Source of the DNA: a virus
Taxonomy: Duplodnaviria; Caudoviricetes
Reading direction: 5' to 3' (one strand)
Virus record (IMG/VR): IMGVR_UViG_3300025326_000032
Span: 1 to 63,352 of that record
DNA length: 63,352 nucleotides
Shown piece by piece: positions 54,019-62,384 of this stretch; position 1 is the stretch's first letter, and each line of letters starts with the position of its first letter. Below the pieces are notes generated by a model. It was not told the DNA's origin. It saw nothing but the letters and a program-made list of their open reading frames with translations, and ran no database searches. The position numbers were made by a program, and so were the translations under genes.

Positions 54019-54378
54019 ATGTTTGAAACAACAAGGGGTTATGGATACATAGAATTTACACGCTGGATTAAAAGAAGTGTTAATTACAGATGTTCAATTT
54101 GTCTTTGGAGAGCTAAAGGTCATGAACTGAAGTTAGATATAGTTCTTCATCATAAAGATTCTAATCCTTATAATAATAAAGCAACAAATCTTATTGTTGT
54201 ATGTTGTGACTGTCATGATGAATTACATGGTAGAGAAATATCTAGGAGAAGACGAGCAGTTGTAGTCAAACGCCGTCGGACTCAGAGACATGATAAGCAA
54301 GGCTGGCCACTGGTTGATTCGTACTTACATAATACAGCAATAAGATATCGGCTTAAGGAAGCGCGTAAATGTGAGTGA
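54019..54378 (+). CDS. HNH endonuclease
   Basis: CSIC...HHKD.NPYNN...NLIVVC.DCH..LH. Confidence 0.85.
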   Translation: MFETTRGYGYIEFTRWIKRSVNYRCSICLWRAKGHELKLDIVLHHKDSNPYNNKATNLIVVCCDCHDELHGREISRRRRAVVVKRRRTQRHDKQGWPLVDSYLHNTAIRYRLKEARKCE

Positions 54379-54434
54379 GGCGGCGAGAGTGGCAAGAAAG
54401 TCTACTCTAATTCTCTTTTTAGGATCAAATAATT

Positions 54435-54761
54435 ATGAGAGTTTATATTGCAGGCCCATATACTCAGGGTGACGTAGCTGAAAACATCAGACAAGTTATA
54501 TATGCTGCAGAGCAGGTGCGAGAAGCTGGTCATGTTCCTTTTGTTCCTCATTTATATCATTTATGGCATCTGATATCTCCTCAGCTACCAGAATATTGGA
54601 GAAAACTAGATATTGATTGGCTAGTTATATGTCATGCTTTTATCAAACTAGATGGTGATTCCAAGGGAGCTGATTTAGAGGAAGATCTGTGTAGTGAGAT
54701 TAATATTCCTATTTATTATACAGTGAAAGAATTTTTAAATACTGTATTGCTTGACAAGTAA
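54435..54761 (+). CDS. DUF4406/nucleoside deoxyribosyltransferase-like protein
   Basis: VYIAGPYT.G, G..PF.PH, D..WL..C.A...L.G.SKGA..E. Confidence 0.75.
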   Translation: MRVYIAGPYTQGDVAENIRQVIYAAEQVREAGHVPFVPHLYHLWHLISPQLPEYWRKLDIDWLVICHAFIKLDGDSKGADLEEDLCSEINIPIYYTVKEFLNTVLLDK

Positions 54762-54779
54762 TTAGAATTGTGTCATAAT
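54751..54779 (+). promoter_or_regulatory. Sigma70-type promoter
   Basis: TTGACA-17 nt-CATAAT with extended TG; ATG at 54786 may be leaderless. Confidence 0.65.
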
Positions 54780-54785
54780 TATAGT

Positions 54786-55010
54786 ATGAATAGTCTATTA
54801 TCTTGTCAACATCCTAAGTTAGCTTGCAGATGGCAAGTTAAGACTGAGCAGCGTGATGCTGCTTTAGTTTCATGTAAGTCATGTGGCTTCAGTATAGAAA
54901 TTATTGCCAGTAATTGCGATGAGGCTTTAACTGAAGCTAGTATTATTACTGAGTTTAATGCTGCAGCTGATCGTTACAGACGTGGCAAAGTGATAATTGC
55001 CTTAAATTAA
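54786..55010 (+). CDS. Zn-ribbon hypothetical protein
   Basis: CQH...CKSCG. Confidence 0.6.
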   Translation: MNSLLSCQHPKLACRWQVKTEQRDAALVSCKSCGFSIEIIASNCDEALTEASIITEFNAAADRYRRGKVIIALN

Positions 55011-55258
55011 TAAACGAAGTGCAGCTTTCTTAATTGCCTTAGTTCCAATCTTCACTAATGAGATTATGTCAACTTTTAATTGACACCGTAGCATTTTGGG
55101 GATTTAATGCTAAAGGCTATTGACAAGGAATGCATTTTTGCGATAAAATGCTATGGGGTTTAAATGGATTTGTATCTATACAAGTCCGAAAGCACTTTCA
55201 TTACAACCTATGGTTAGTTATAGGTAGCCGATCCCCCATAGTCAAACAAGTTTTGGAA

Positions 55259-55771
55259 ATGCAGAGATTACCGAAGAGGATAGAAAATTTACGGCAGAAG
55301 TCTATGAGGTCGCCTACACTCCGACAACGTTATCTTAAGTATACAGAAGGTTATTTAAGAGGACAGACTGATGCGGAGAGTATATATCGTCCAGATATAT
55401 CTTTTAGGAAAATTGCGGAGCTGATACAGTCACAAGGGAAAGTAACTCTGAGACGTAAGAGTTATCCTATGGTGATTATTAGGCTGTCGCTTAAAGATAC
55501 TGATATATACTACATAAGGCCTATATATGAAAAGATACCGTGGACTAGGTTCCTGTCATGGGCTTCTAACCGTCCAGAATTATATTTTGTTTGGGAGGGA
55601 TACAATGCCCAAATCTTATTGTCTAAATGTAAACAATATTTGCCTGATGATTTAATGTCTGTGATCAAAAAAGCCTTAAGGTGGATTCCGATGAAAGGAG
55701 TAGAGATACCTGAAAATGAAATGAGAGAATTGCTGAATGATAATCCTGCTTATCCAGTATCTAATTTATAA
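55259..55771 (+). CDS. Degenerate LAGLIDADG-like DNA-binding protein
   Basis: GYLRGQTDAES resembles a LAGLIDADG helix; start uncertain. Confidence 0.45.
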   Translation: MQRLPKRIENLRQKSMRSPTLRQRYLKYTEGYLRGQTDAESIYRPDISFRKIAELIQSQGKVTLRRKSYPMVIIRLSLKDTDIYYIRPIYEKIPWTRFLSWASNRPELYFVWEGYNAQILLSKCKQYLPDDLMSVIKKALRWIPMKGVEIPENEMRELLNDNPAYPVSNL

Positions 55772-55783
55772 GGGAGAACTATA

Positions 55784-56560
55784 ATGGCTGATAATGATGC
55801 ATGGGAGTTAGAAGAGCTAACCCCAATAAATAATGCTGAGGTTACAATTGCTGATTCTTATTTTGAAGAAGGTAAATATGGCACACAGTTAACATTAGTA
55901 TGTAATATAGATATACCTATTGATCCTGTAGATATTTCCTTCTCTACTTTTAGTATCTGGTATGGAGTGGGTAAAGGTTGGCAGATTCTAGAGAATGGTG
56001 GGCGTATAGTTAAGCCAGATACTGATCCTGCTAAGCCAGTTAAGATTCACGCTTCGAGTCGCTTAGGTAAGCTTATTGCGCGGGTTATTAAGGACTTGAA
56101 GTTTGATATGCAACCAAGAGGACTTCCGACTGAAGCCAAAGTTTGGAAAGGTCTTAAAATGCATATGCTTCGTGAGCTAGTGCATTATGAAGGTATAGTA
56201 GATGAGGTAAGTGGCGAAGCAAAGACTATTGATTCGAGTATCCTGCTTCCTACAGCTGTTTCAATTGGGCAATTAACTCCACCAACTGTTGCTGGATCAG
56301 TTCCTCAAGCAAGTTATCAACCTACTACTACAGCTAATGAGCCAGTTTCAGCTAATGGTTTAAGTGATACTGATAAGCATATATTAAGTCTTGCTGTTGG
56401 TAAGGCATCATTAGCAGAGGCTAAAGCAGCTATTGTTCGTGATCCTGTTATTGCAAATGATAATGCTGCATCTTCTAGGGTTTTAGAGCATGGCTTACTA
56501 GAACAGTGGATGGCTTCAGGTATTTTACAGTCTGTTGATGGTAGGCTTATAGCAGTGTAG
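55784..56560 (+). CDS. Hypothetical protein, possible ssDNA-binding protein
   Basis: SD AAGGGAG; recombination neighbourhood; function inferred from context only. Confidence 0.6.
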   Translation: MADNDAWELEELTPINNAEVTIADSYFEEGKYGTQLTLVCNIDIPIDPVDISFSTFSIWYGVGKGWQILENGGRIVKPDTDPAKPVKIHASSRLGKLIARVIKDLKFDMQPRGLPTEAKVWKGLKMHMLRELVHYEGIVDEVSGEAKTIDSSILLPTAVSIGQLTPPTVAGSVPQASYQPTTTANEPVSANGLSDTDKHILSLAVGKASLAEAKAAIVRDPVIANDNAASSRVLEHGLLEQWMASGILQSVDGRLIAV

Positions 56561-56629
56561 AGATAACTACTTATTTTATATGGATTGTATGAGTAATTGC
56601 AAATATAGTATTAGAAAGGAGGTGACAAA

Positions 56630-56770
56630 ATGGATTATGAGCGAGAGCGACCAAATGGTCAAGAAGAGGTAACTACTCCAGAGCCAGAACCAGAATCTGA
56701 TGTTGAGGAATCATCTGCTGAGGAATCAGCAGCTCCTGATGAATCTGAGTCTTCGGCTAAATCAGAGTAG
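56630..56770 (+). CDS. 46-aa highly acidic peptide (not in ORF track)
   Basis: Very strong SD AGAAAGGAGGTGA; MDYERERPNGQEEVTTPEPEPESDVEESSAEESAAPDESESSAKSE. Confidence 0.7.
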   Translation: MDYERERPNGQEEVTTPEPEPESDVEESSAEESAAPDESESSAKSE

Positions 56771-56885
56771 TCAGTATTTAGGACAGCGACACACACTTGT
56801 GGGGAATCCTCGATAGAGTCTTGGGACTGAGGACATAGGAAACAGATGGGGCTTAGGTTTCCTAATAGATAACAAGGAGATATCA

Positions 56886-57242
56886 ATGCCGATGTATATC
56901 AGGGGCGTGGATTTAGTTAGACGAATGAAAGAGCGTTCTCTCTTATTAAAAGAGAATGCTCGAACTATTCGGTTGGAGGCCAAGCAGACAGTAGATGGTA
57001 TAAATGCTGCAATACCAGCATCTATGAGAGCTGGTATGGCTCAAGCTGATGCTCAAGCTATGTCTATGGTTGAAGGAGCAGCCTTAAGAAATGAGACTAT
57101 GGCTGATGATTTAGAATGGCTTGCTGCTGTTATAGTAGAAGATAAGACTCATATTATTAATGCTTCTGAGTTAGAATGTCTTGGAGTAATTAAGACACCT
57201 ATTGGGAGAATAATGGGTATGGATATTTCCAGTGAAGATTAA
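56886..57242 (+). CDS. Hypothetical protein
   Basis: SD AAGGAG. Confidence 0.7.
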   Translation: MPMYIRGVDLVRRMKERSLLLKENARTIRLEAKQTVDGINAAIPASMRAGMAQADAQAMSMVEGAALRNETMADDLEWLAAVIVEDKTHIINASELECLGVIKTPIGRIMGMDISSED

Positions 57243-57519
57243 TACTGAAGAAGTGGTTATAGAGTTTGACTGGCCTATTAATGTAGCTAGTCTTTGTGTA
57301 GATGATGATATAGAAGTATGGATGGCTTGGTGTGCTAAAAGCTCTGGTGATTCTAAATGTATATGTTATCCTAATACACCAGTAGCATTTGGGGATACGC
57401 GGGAAGAAGTCTTAGAATTCTGGCATAACCAACATTTTCCAATAATTGCTTATAAGATGCGTGATGAACAAGGTGAGACAGTTGGAGTTGACCTTAGTGG
57501 ATTTGGATTACCACTGTAA
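57232..57519 (+). CDS. Hypothetical protein
   Basis: Coupled ORF; HicB-like AFGDTREE motif. Confidence 0.6.
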   Translation: MKINTEEVVIEFDWPINVASLCVDDDIEVWMAWCAKSSGDSKCICYPNTPVAFGDTREEVLEFWHNQHFPIIAYKMRDEQGETVGVDLSGFGLPL

Positions 57520-57773
57520 TGAGTATTTGGAGAGACGGTAAGTGGTTTTGTGATGTAGGTATATGGCGATATATTCCTGCTGGTACATATAATCCCGCAG
57601 TTAGAATTGAAAATGATCAGATTGTACATAGTTTAGAACCGCGTGAAGTTGATCAACTTGTAGATGCACTTCAAGAAGCTCATTGGATAAAACCTAAAAT
57701 AGATGAACGAGTAAGAGAAGAAGATATTAAAATAATCCATCGCTTACTTGATATCATTGAGAATAGAGAATAA
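57519..57773 (+). CDS. Hypothetical protein
   Basis: TAATG-coupled. Confidence 0.65.
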   Translation: MSIWRDGKWFCDVGIWRYIPAGTYNPAVRIENDQIVHSLEPREVDQLVDALQEAHWIKPKIDERVREEDIKIIHRLLDIIENRE

Positions 57774-58055
57774 TGTTCTTTTAGAAGCCTTGGAGGAGGC
57801 CCTAGATTTATCACAGTACCTCATGCAGATGTGGTTGGAGAGAGAAAATGAAGTCATCAAAGGAAGTTCTTATGGGTAAGATAGCAGATCAGTGTCATGT
57901 GCGAGACCGATAGATACTGGATTGGCGTCTATCAACGCATTCTGCGAGAGCATCTGGCTTGCCACCGGCGCGGCCCCCTCGAAAGAATCCGCTGATGGTT
58001 GATGGTGAGAAGAGAACGCCGTGCGGTGGCCGAGCGCTTCAAAGACCTGAAGTAG
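57772..58055 (+). pseudogene. Patch of gene remnants
   Basis: Headless frame LEALEEALDLSQYLMQ (57772-57879); GC-rich frame 57897-58055 broken by TGA at 57993. Confidence 0.45.
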
Positions 58056-58104
58056 CGGCCCTATAATCAACACATGGCTAGTCAGTAGTATTTGGAGGAA
58101 TGTA

Positions 58105-58341
58105 ATGGCACTTAGCTCAGATGAAGCCTATGGTCTAATTGGTCAGATAGAAGAAGTTCGACGTGAAATGGCTCTTTCTCAGGCTGCTCTAATTGCTTTT
58201 GCCCGTGGTAAACTAGGTCAGCCTGGGCAACCAAACACAATTGATGTTTTGCGTATCTCTGCAGCTGCAGCGCTTGCATCTCAGGCTGCTCAGCGCTTAG
58301 TTCAAGAAGCTAATGATATAGGTGGAGCCTTTGGAGGCTAA
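58105..58341 (+). CDS. Hypothetical protein
   Basis: SD GGAGG. Confidence 0.7.
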   Translation: MALSSDEAYGLIGQIEEVRREMALSQAALIAFARGKLGQPGQPNTIDVLRISAAAALASQAAQRLVQEANDIGGAFGG

Positions 58342-58388
58342 AGAAAACTAGGATGAGGATGATAAGTTAAGAGAGGATACGCTTCAGA

Positions 58389-59327
58389 GTGGTATTTGAT
58401 AATTCTACAGTAACATCTTTTATTCCTCCTGAATGGCCTGGATATTGGACATCATCACAGCTTGGCTGCTGGCGATGTATGTATCTTGTGTCTCAAGGTA
58501 TAGAAGGTGATTTCGTAGTTGATTCACCAGTTTTTGAAGAAGGTCGTTTACATGAGGATGATATTTTAGCTAAACTAGCCGTCAAAGGCATCCGTGTATA
58601 TGATAGGCAGGTAGAACTGTCACATCCTCTATTGCCGTTTAAGGGCCATCCTGATGCATGGGCTGATATGGATACAGAAAATCAATGCATTACCCGTATA
58701 GTTGATGTAAAGTCAATGGATAGGTCTTATTGGTATAAGGCAGTTACTGACTTTATACTTAACTTCAGACATCTGTATTTACAAGTTCAATCCTATTCTC
58801 TAATGTCTAGACAAGAACCTATTTATATACCTGTTAAGAATAGAGCAACAGGCCAAATACATGAGTTATACTTTGAACCTGATCCTGTGGCGTTTGCTGA
58901 AATAGAAGCAGGCGTAGCTCTTCTTGGAGCTGCTGTAGAAGATAAGTTATTTGATTATTTAACATTAACTTGTCCTCCTGAAGATTCTATTAAAGCTAAA
59001 TGGTGTCCTTATAGAAAGCGTGGTTTGTGTGAACATCAGACTAATATACCTGATGTTACTGAATCTGAGGTAGTACAAGCTATTTCCAGTTATGATGAAG
59101 GACGTGTTCTTACTAGGCAAGGTGATAAGCTAAAGGCTGAAGCTCGTAAGATTATTGTTACTTATCTTAAAGGTCATGGTTTAAAGAAGATTAAGGTTAT
59201 GGGTAAAACTCCTAGTCTTATAGATATGTCTAGACGTAACTGTGATTTTGAGAGATTACTTGAATTAGATAAGGCCATATATGATGAAGTAGTCTCTGAG
59301 ACTAATTATGAGAAGTTTGATGTTTAA
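58389..59327 (+). CDS. Cas4-like PD-(D/E)xK exonuclease
   Basis: S.LGC.R, G..HE, GHPD, DVKS, Q.Q.Y, WCPY....C. Confidence 0.82.
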   Translation: MVFDNSTVTSFIPPEWPGYWTSSQLGCWRCMYLVSQGIEGDFVVDSPVFEEGRLHEDDILAKLAVKGIRVYDRQVELSHPLLPFKGHPDAWADMDTENQCITRIVDVKSMDRSYWYKAVTDFILNFRHLYLQVQSYSLMSRQEPIYIPVKNRATGQIHELYFEPDPVAFAEIEAGVALLGAAVEDKLFDYLTLTCPPEDSIKAKWCPYRKRGLCEHQTNIPDVTESEVVQAISSYDEGRVLTRQGDKLKAEARKIIVTYLKGHGLKKIKVMGKTPSLIDMSRRNCDFERLLELDKAIYDEVVSETNYEKFDV

Positions 59328-59346
59328 TGCTTAATCTCTGACTTAC

Positions 59347-59375
59347 TTGACATTCATTCAGTCATGTGTTATAGT
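59347..59375 (+). promoter_or_regulatory. Sigma70-type promoter
   Basis: TTGACA-17 nt-TATAGT with extended TG. Confidence 0.75.
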
Positions 59376-59404
59376 TAGTGTAAAGGTAATATAAGGAGCG
59401 TAAT

Positions 59405-60235
59405 TTGGCACCACGAGAGCGTGTTCTAATAGGTGGAGAGTCAGGCTCAGGGAAAACATATGCTTGGCTATCTATTGCACGTTATAATCCTCAGTCTCAA
59501 TTCTATGTGGCAGAAGCTGATGATGGTGTTACTAAAGTTCTATCTTTAGAATATCCTGATGTATTAGCCAATGGTAATGTACATGGAGTTAGAAACGAGA
59601 ATGGTATCTGGCAACCTCCTGACTTAATTCAAGAATGGGTTGACTTTAGGCACTTCGTAGAAACCCTTAAAGAATTCAAAGAATCTGGTCAGCTCCAAGA
59701 ATCTGACTGGATTATTGTTGAGGGTATAGACTTAATTAAGAATACTATTACTTATAACTATATAGATAAAGTATATAAGATAGATCGTAAGACTAAACGA
59801 GCTATTACAGATCCTTGGGATGCTATTATAGCTCAACGTTCTAGAGGTTCACCAATACTTGATCCTTCTGATCGTGATGCTATTAACTCTGAGTATGAGG
59901 CACAGTTAACTTGGCCTGCATATATATCTCAGTGTAATCTAGTAGGTACAGCTGCCATATCTCGTATCAATTTTGATTCTGATTATGCTGATAAAGGTGT
60001 TAAAGAGTATTATGCTTCTCTAGGTACACCACTAAGGATAGATGGACACAAACGTAGCCCTAGAATGTTTGATACTCTAATATATCTTTTTGCAGGCAAT
60101 ACATACCAGATGCAGATTCTTAAGGATAGAGGCATAGGTCGTCAGATATCCCTAGTGGATACTGGTGAGTTTTATCTCTCTTTGGAAAAGTTTAGAACTA
60201 CTACTATGTCAGCTAGAAGTCTAGGAGTATCTTAA
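59405..60235 (+). CDS. P-loop NTPase (Sak4/AAA_24-like recombinase)
   Basis: GESGSGKT, WIIVEG, G.K..P..FD, KDRG; next to Cas4-like nuclease. Confidence 0.75.
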   Translation: MAPRERVLIGGESGSGKTYAWLSIARYNPQSQFYVAEADDGVTKVLSLEYPDVLANGNVHGVRNENGIWQPPDLIQEWVDFRHFVETLKEFKESGQLQESDWIIVEGIDLIKNTITYNYIDKVYKIDRKTKRAITDPWDAIIAQRSRGSPILDPSDRDAINSEYEAQLTWPAYISQCNLVGTAAISRINFDSDYADKGVKEYYASLGTPLRIDGHKRSPRMFDTLIYLFAGNTYQMQILKDRGIGRQISLVDTGEFYLSLEKFRTTTMSARSLGVS

Positions 60236-60394
60236 GTGACTAAATGTGTATTTTCTAAAGCATGGGCAAAACTTAAAATTGGTTTAGAGGATAAGACTTC
60301 ATGGGGAAAGACCGAACTCAAAAATCTTATGTTTATATGTTTAGAAAATGCAGCACTAGAAGACGACAATGAAAGGCATGGGAATGATGACTAA
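60236..60394 (+). CDS. Hypothetical protein (52 aa, not in ORF track)
   Basis: GTG with SD AGGAG; KTSWGKTELK. Confidence 0.55.
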   Translation: MTKCVFSKAWAKLKIGLEDKTSWGKTELKNLMFICLENAALEDDNERHGNDD

Positions 60395-60395
60395 T

Positions 60396-60677
60396 TAAAA
60401 CTATTATAGAGTCTACTCAGAACGGTAGATCAGGATGCGCTGTCTGAATATTATGTTTTTCCTCGCTTTCTCCTGTATTTAGGCAGCAATATTACGCTCA
60501 CCGTCTCCTGTGCGCCTGAGCAGTCTAGGTCTTTTGCTGGATACTAGGCTTGACTGATGAGATTACTAATTAAATTCTTATTAGTCAGTAATGGAGGGTC
60601 TAGGAATTGTCCTCCCACAGTTTCTAGCAGCGAAATTAGTAATAGCTGAATTCTGGGTAGACTCTACGATAGTTTTA
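60396..60677 (+). ncRNA. Candidate 282-nt multi-hairpin ncRNA with C/U-rich loops
   Basis: 26/27-bp closing stem (2 G-U), four internal hairpins, 10-bp loop pairing. Confidence 0.72.
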
Positions 60678-60702
60678 TTTAAGCTGAGTTTGGAATGTAA
60701 GA

Positions 60703-61071
60703 ATGGGATTAGTAAGAACAAAGATATTAGCATTACCTAGACCATTAGAACAAACACTAACAGATATCGCAAAGGATTTAAATGTCAGTAGACAGTATGT
60801 TCATCAGATAGTAACTACTGAAAGAATATCTCAATATAGGCGTAAACGACCGTTATGTAAAGGTTGTGGAAAGAATGAAGCTAACGGATATAAAAGACGA
60901 TATTGCCCTGACTGTATAAGTCAGGATTTGCATAATAAGAACAAACGGACTGGTAAAGAATTTAAGTGCTATAGGTGTGGTATAATGGTTTATAGAAAGC
61001 CTTCTCACATTAAACGTATGAAACCAAATGGTAAATCTTATTGCTATGACTGTTATATGTTTAATCGCTAG
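60703..61071 (+). CDS. HTH plus Zn-finger DNA-binding protein
   Basis: TLTDIAKDLNVSRQYVHQI; several CxxC. Confidence 0.75.
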   Translation: MGLVRTKILALPRPLEQTLTDIAKDLNVSRQYVHQIVTTERISQYRRKRPLCKGCGKNEANGYKRRYCPDCISQDLHNKNKRTGKEFKCYRCGIMVYRKPSHIKRMKPNGKSYCYDCYMFNR

Positions 61072-61074
61072 ATA

Positions 61075-61758
61075 ATGGATATTCTAATCTCTCCAACTGA
61101 GCCCTACGAAATAAAGTCAGACTTTGGTGAATATGGTATATCTGCTCCTCACTTACCATCAGATTATGGTTGGTATGTAAAGGGTAAACGAAGTCTGGTT
61201 CAACGTAAGCATATTCCAGGTGATATGTTAGCTTCAATACAAGATGGACGATTTCAGCGAGATATGCAGATCCTACTTGAGAATATAGAACAAGGCGGTA
61301 GGAGTTATCTACTGCAAGAAGGTCATTGGTCTTGTGATAAACAGGGTATGATTCTTAATCCTACAAGACCGTCAGGATGGAGTTATGAAAAGATATCAGA
61401 ACTACTATCTACTGTACAAGAAATGGGTATAGAATTACTTATAAGTCCTGATATTAGTATGACTGCATTAGTTATTATCAGTCAAGTTAGATGGGAGCTT
61501 AAAGAAGATCATTCAAGCCTTTCACGCAGACCAGGATTAGTAGCCGAATGGGGTAAGCCTAGTTATGCTTCTTATACTATATGGTCTTACCAAGGTATTC
61601 CAGGTGTAGGTGCAGATATAGCTGAGATACTATTTAAGTCAGCTCCTACATGGGAGAAGCTAGTAGATATGAATATAGCTGAATTTCAGGAGCTAAAGCA
61701 TTTCGGGAAAAAGCGAGCAGAGCGTGTATATAACTTTATACATAAGGGGAAGTTATGA
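61075..61758 (+). CDS. ERCC4/XPF-family nuclease with HhH motifs
   Basis: DY...VQRK...D.LASI.DGRF..., L.EG, IPGVG, FGKKRA. Confidence 0.85.
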   Translation: MDILISPTEPYEIKSDFGEYGISAPHLPSDYGWYVKGKRSLVQRKHIPGDMLASIQDGRFQRDMQILLENIEQGGRSYLLQEGHWSCDKQGMILNPTRPSGWSYEKISELLSTVQEMGIELLISPDISMTALVIISQVRWELKEDHSSLSRRPGLVAEWGKPSYASYTIWSYQGIPGVGADIAEILFKSAPTWEKLVDMNIAEFQELKHFGKKRAERVYNFIHKGKL

Positions 61759-62033
61759 ATTGGAATAATCGTATATGTGAATCTAAAGGTGTAGATGGTG
61801 TCACTTCTATTTATGCTGTACATGAAGTATATTATGATAATGAAACAGGTGAAATTACAGGATGGACTGCAGAACCAATAAAGCTAGGTGGTTTTGATTC
61901 TATTCAAGACTTAGTTGATTTAGTAAGTAAAATATATTATGATGCTGAGTATACTTTAAAGAATCCTAGCTTGTTACCAGTTTTAAACTTGTCTGAAATA
62001 GAGAGTAAAATTGGAGATAAATCTAGTACCTAA
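61755..62033 (+). CDS. Hypothetical phage protein
   Basis: WN.R...Y.VHEVYYD..G...WT.EP. Confidence 0.75.
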   Translation: MNWNNRICESKGVDGVTSIYAVHEVYYDNETGEITGWTAEPIKLGGFDSIQDLVDLVSKIYYDAEYTLKNPSLLPVLNLSEIESKIGDKSST

Positions 62034-62232
62034 ATCAGAAATGCCTATAGGTATTAAAATTCAGATAACAGGTACAAGACGGACAGATAAACATCATTTG
62101 AGTGATGTCGGTAAAATAGGATATATACTAGATTGGATAGAAGTGAAAGAGTTTGATTGTTGGATTCCTGTTATAGAATTAGAAGATGGGACTAAGTGTT
62201 ATGGTTCTAATGTTTGGTGGTTTAAAGTATGA
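62011..62232 (+). CDS. Hypothetical protein
   Basis: Coupled ORF; start 62011 or 62041. Confidence 0.6.
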   Translation: MEINLVPKSEMPIGIKIQITGTRRTDKHHLSDVGKIGYILDWIEVKEFDCWIPVIELEDGTKCYGSNVWWFKV

Positions 62233-62384
62233 AGGATTTTCTAATGGCATTAGTAGTCTTTATAGGTATAATGATAATTGGTATTAGTATACTTATATTA
62301 GTAAAGGGAGGATAGTAATATGTCTATGTATCAACTAGCACAAATTGGAGTGGTAGGATAAAATGGCAGTTACCGTTTCTGCTT

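Noticed and set aside
60554-60640. Hammerhead ribozyme (CTGATGA ... GAAA)
   Set aside because: CTGATGA is buried in a 12-bp hairpin, and stems I/III with a cleavage triplet could not be built by eye; an Infernal run would settle it.
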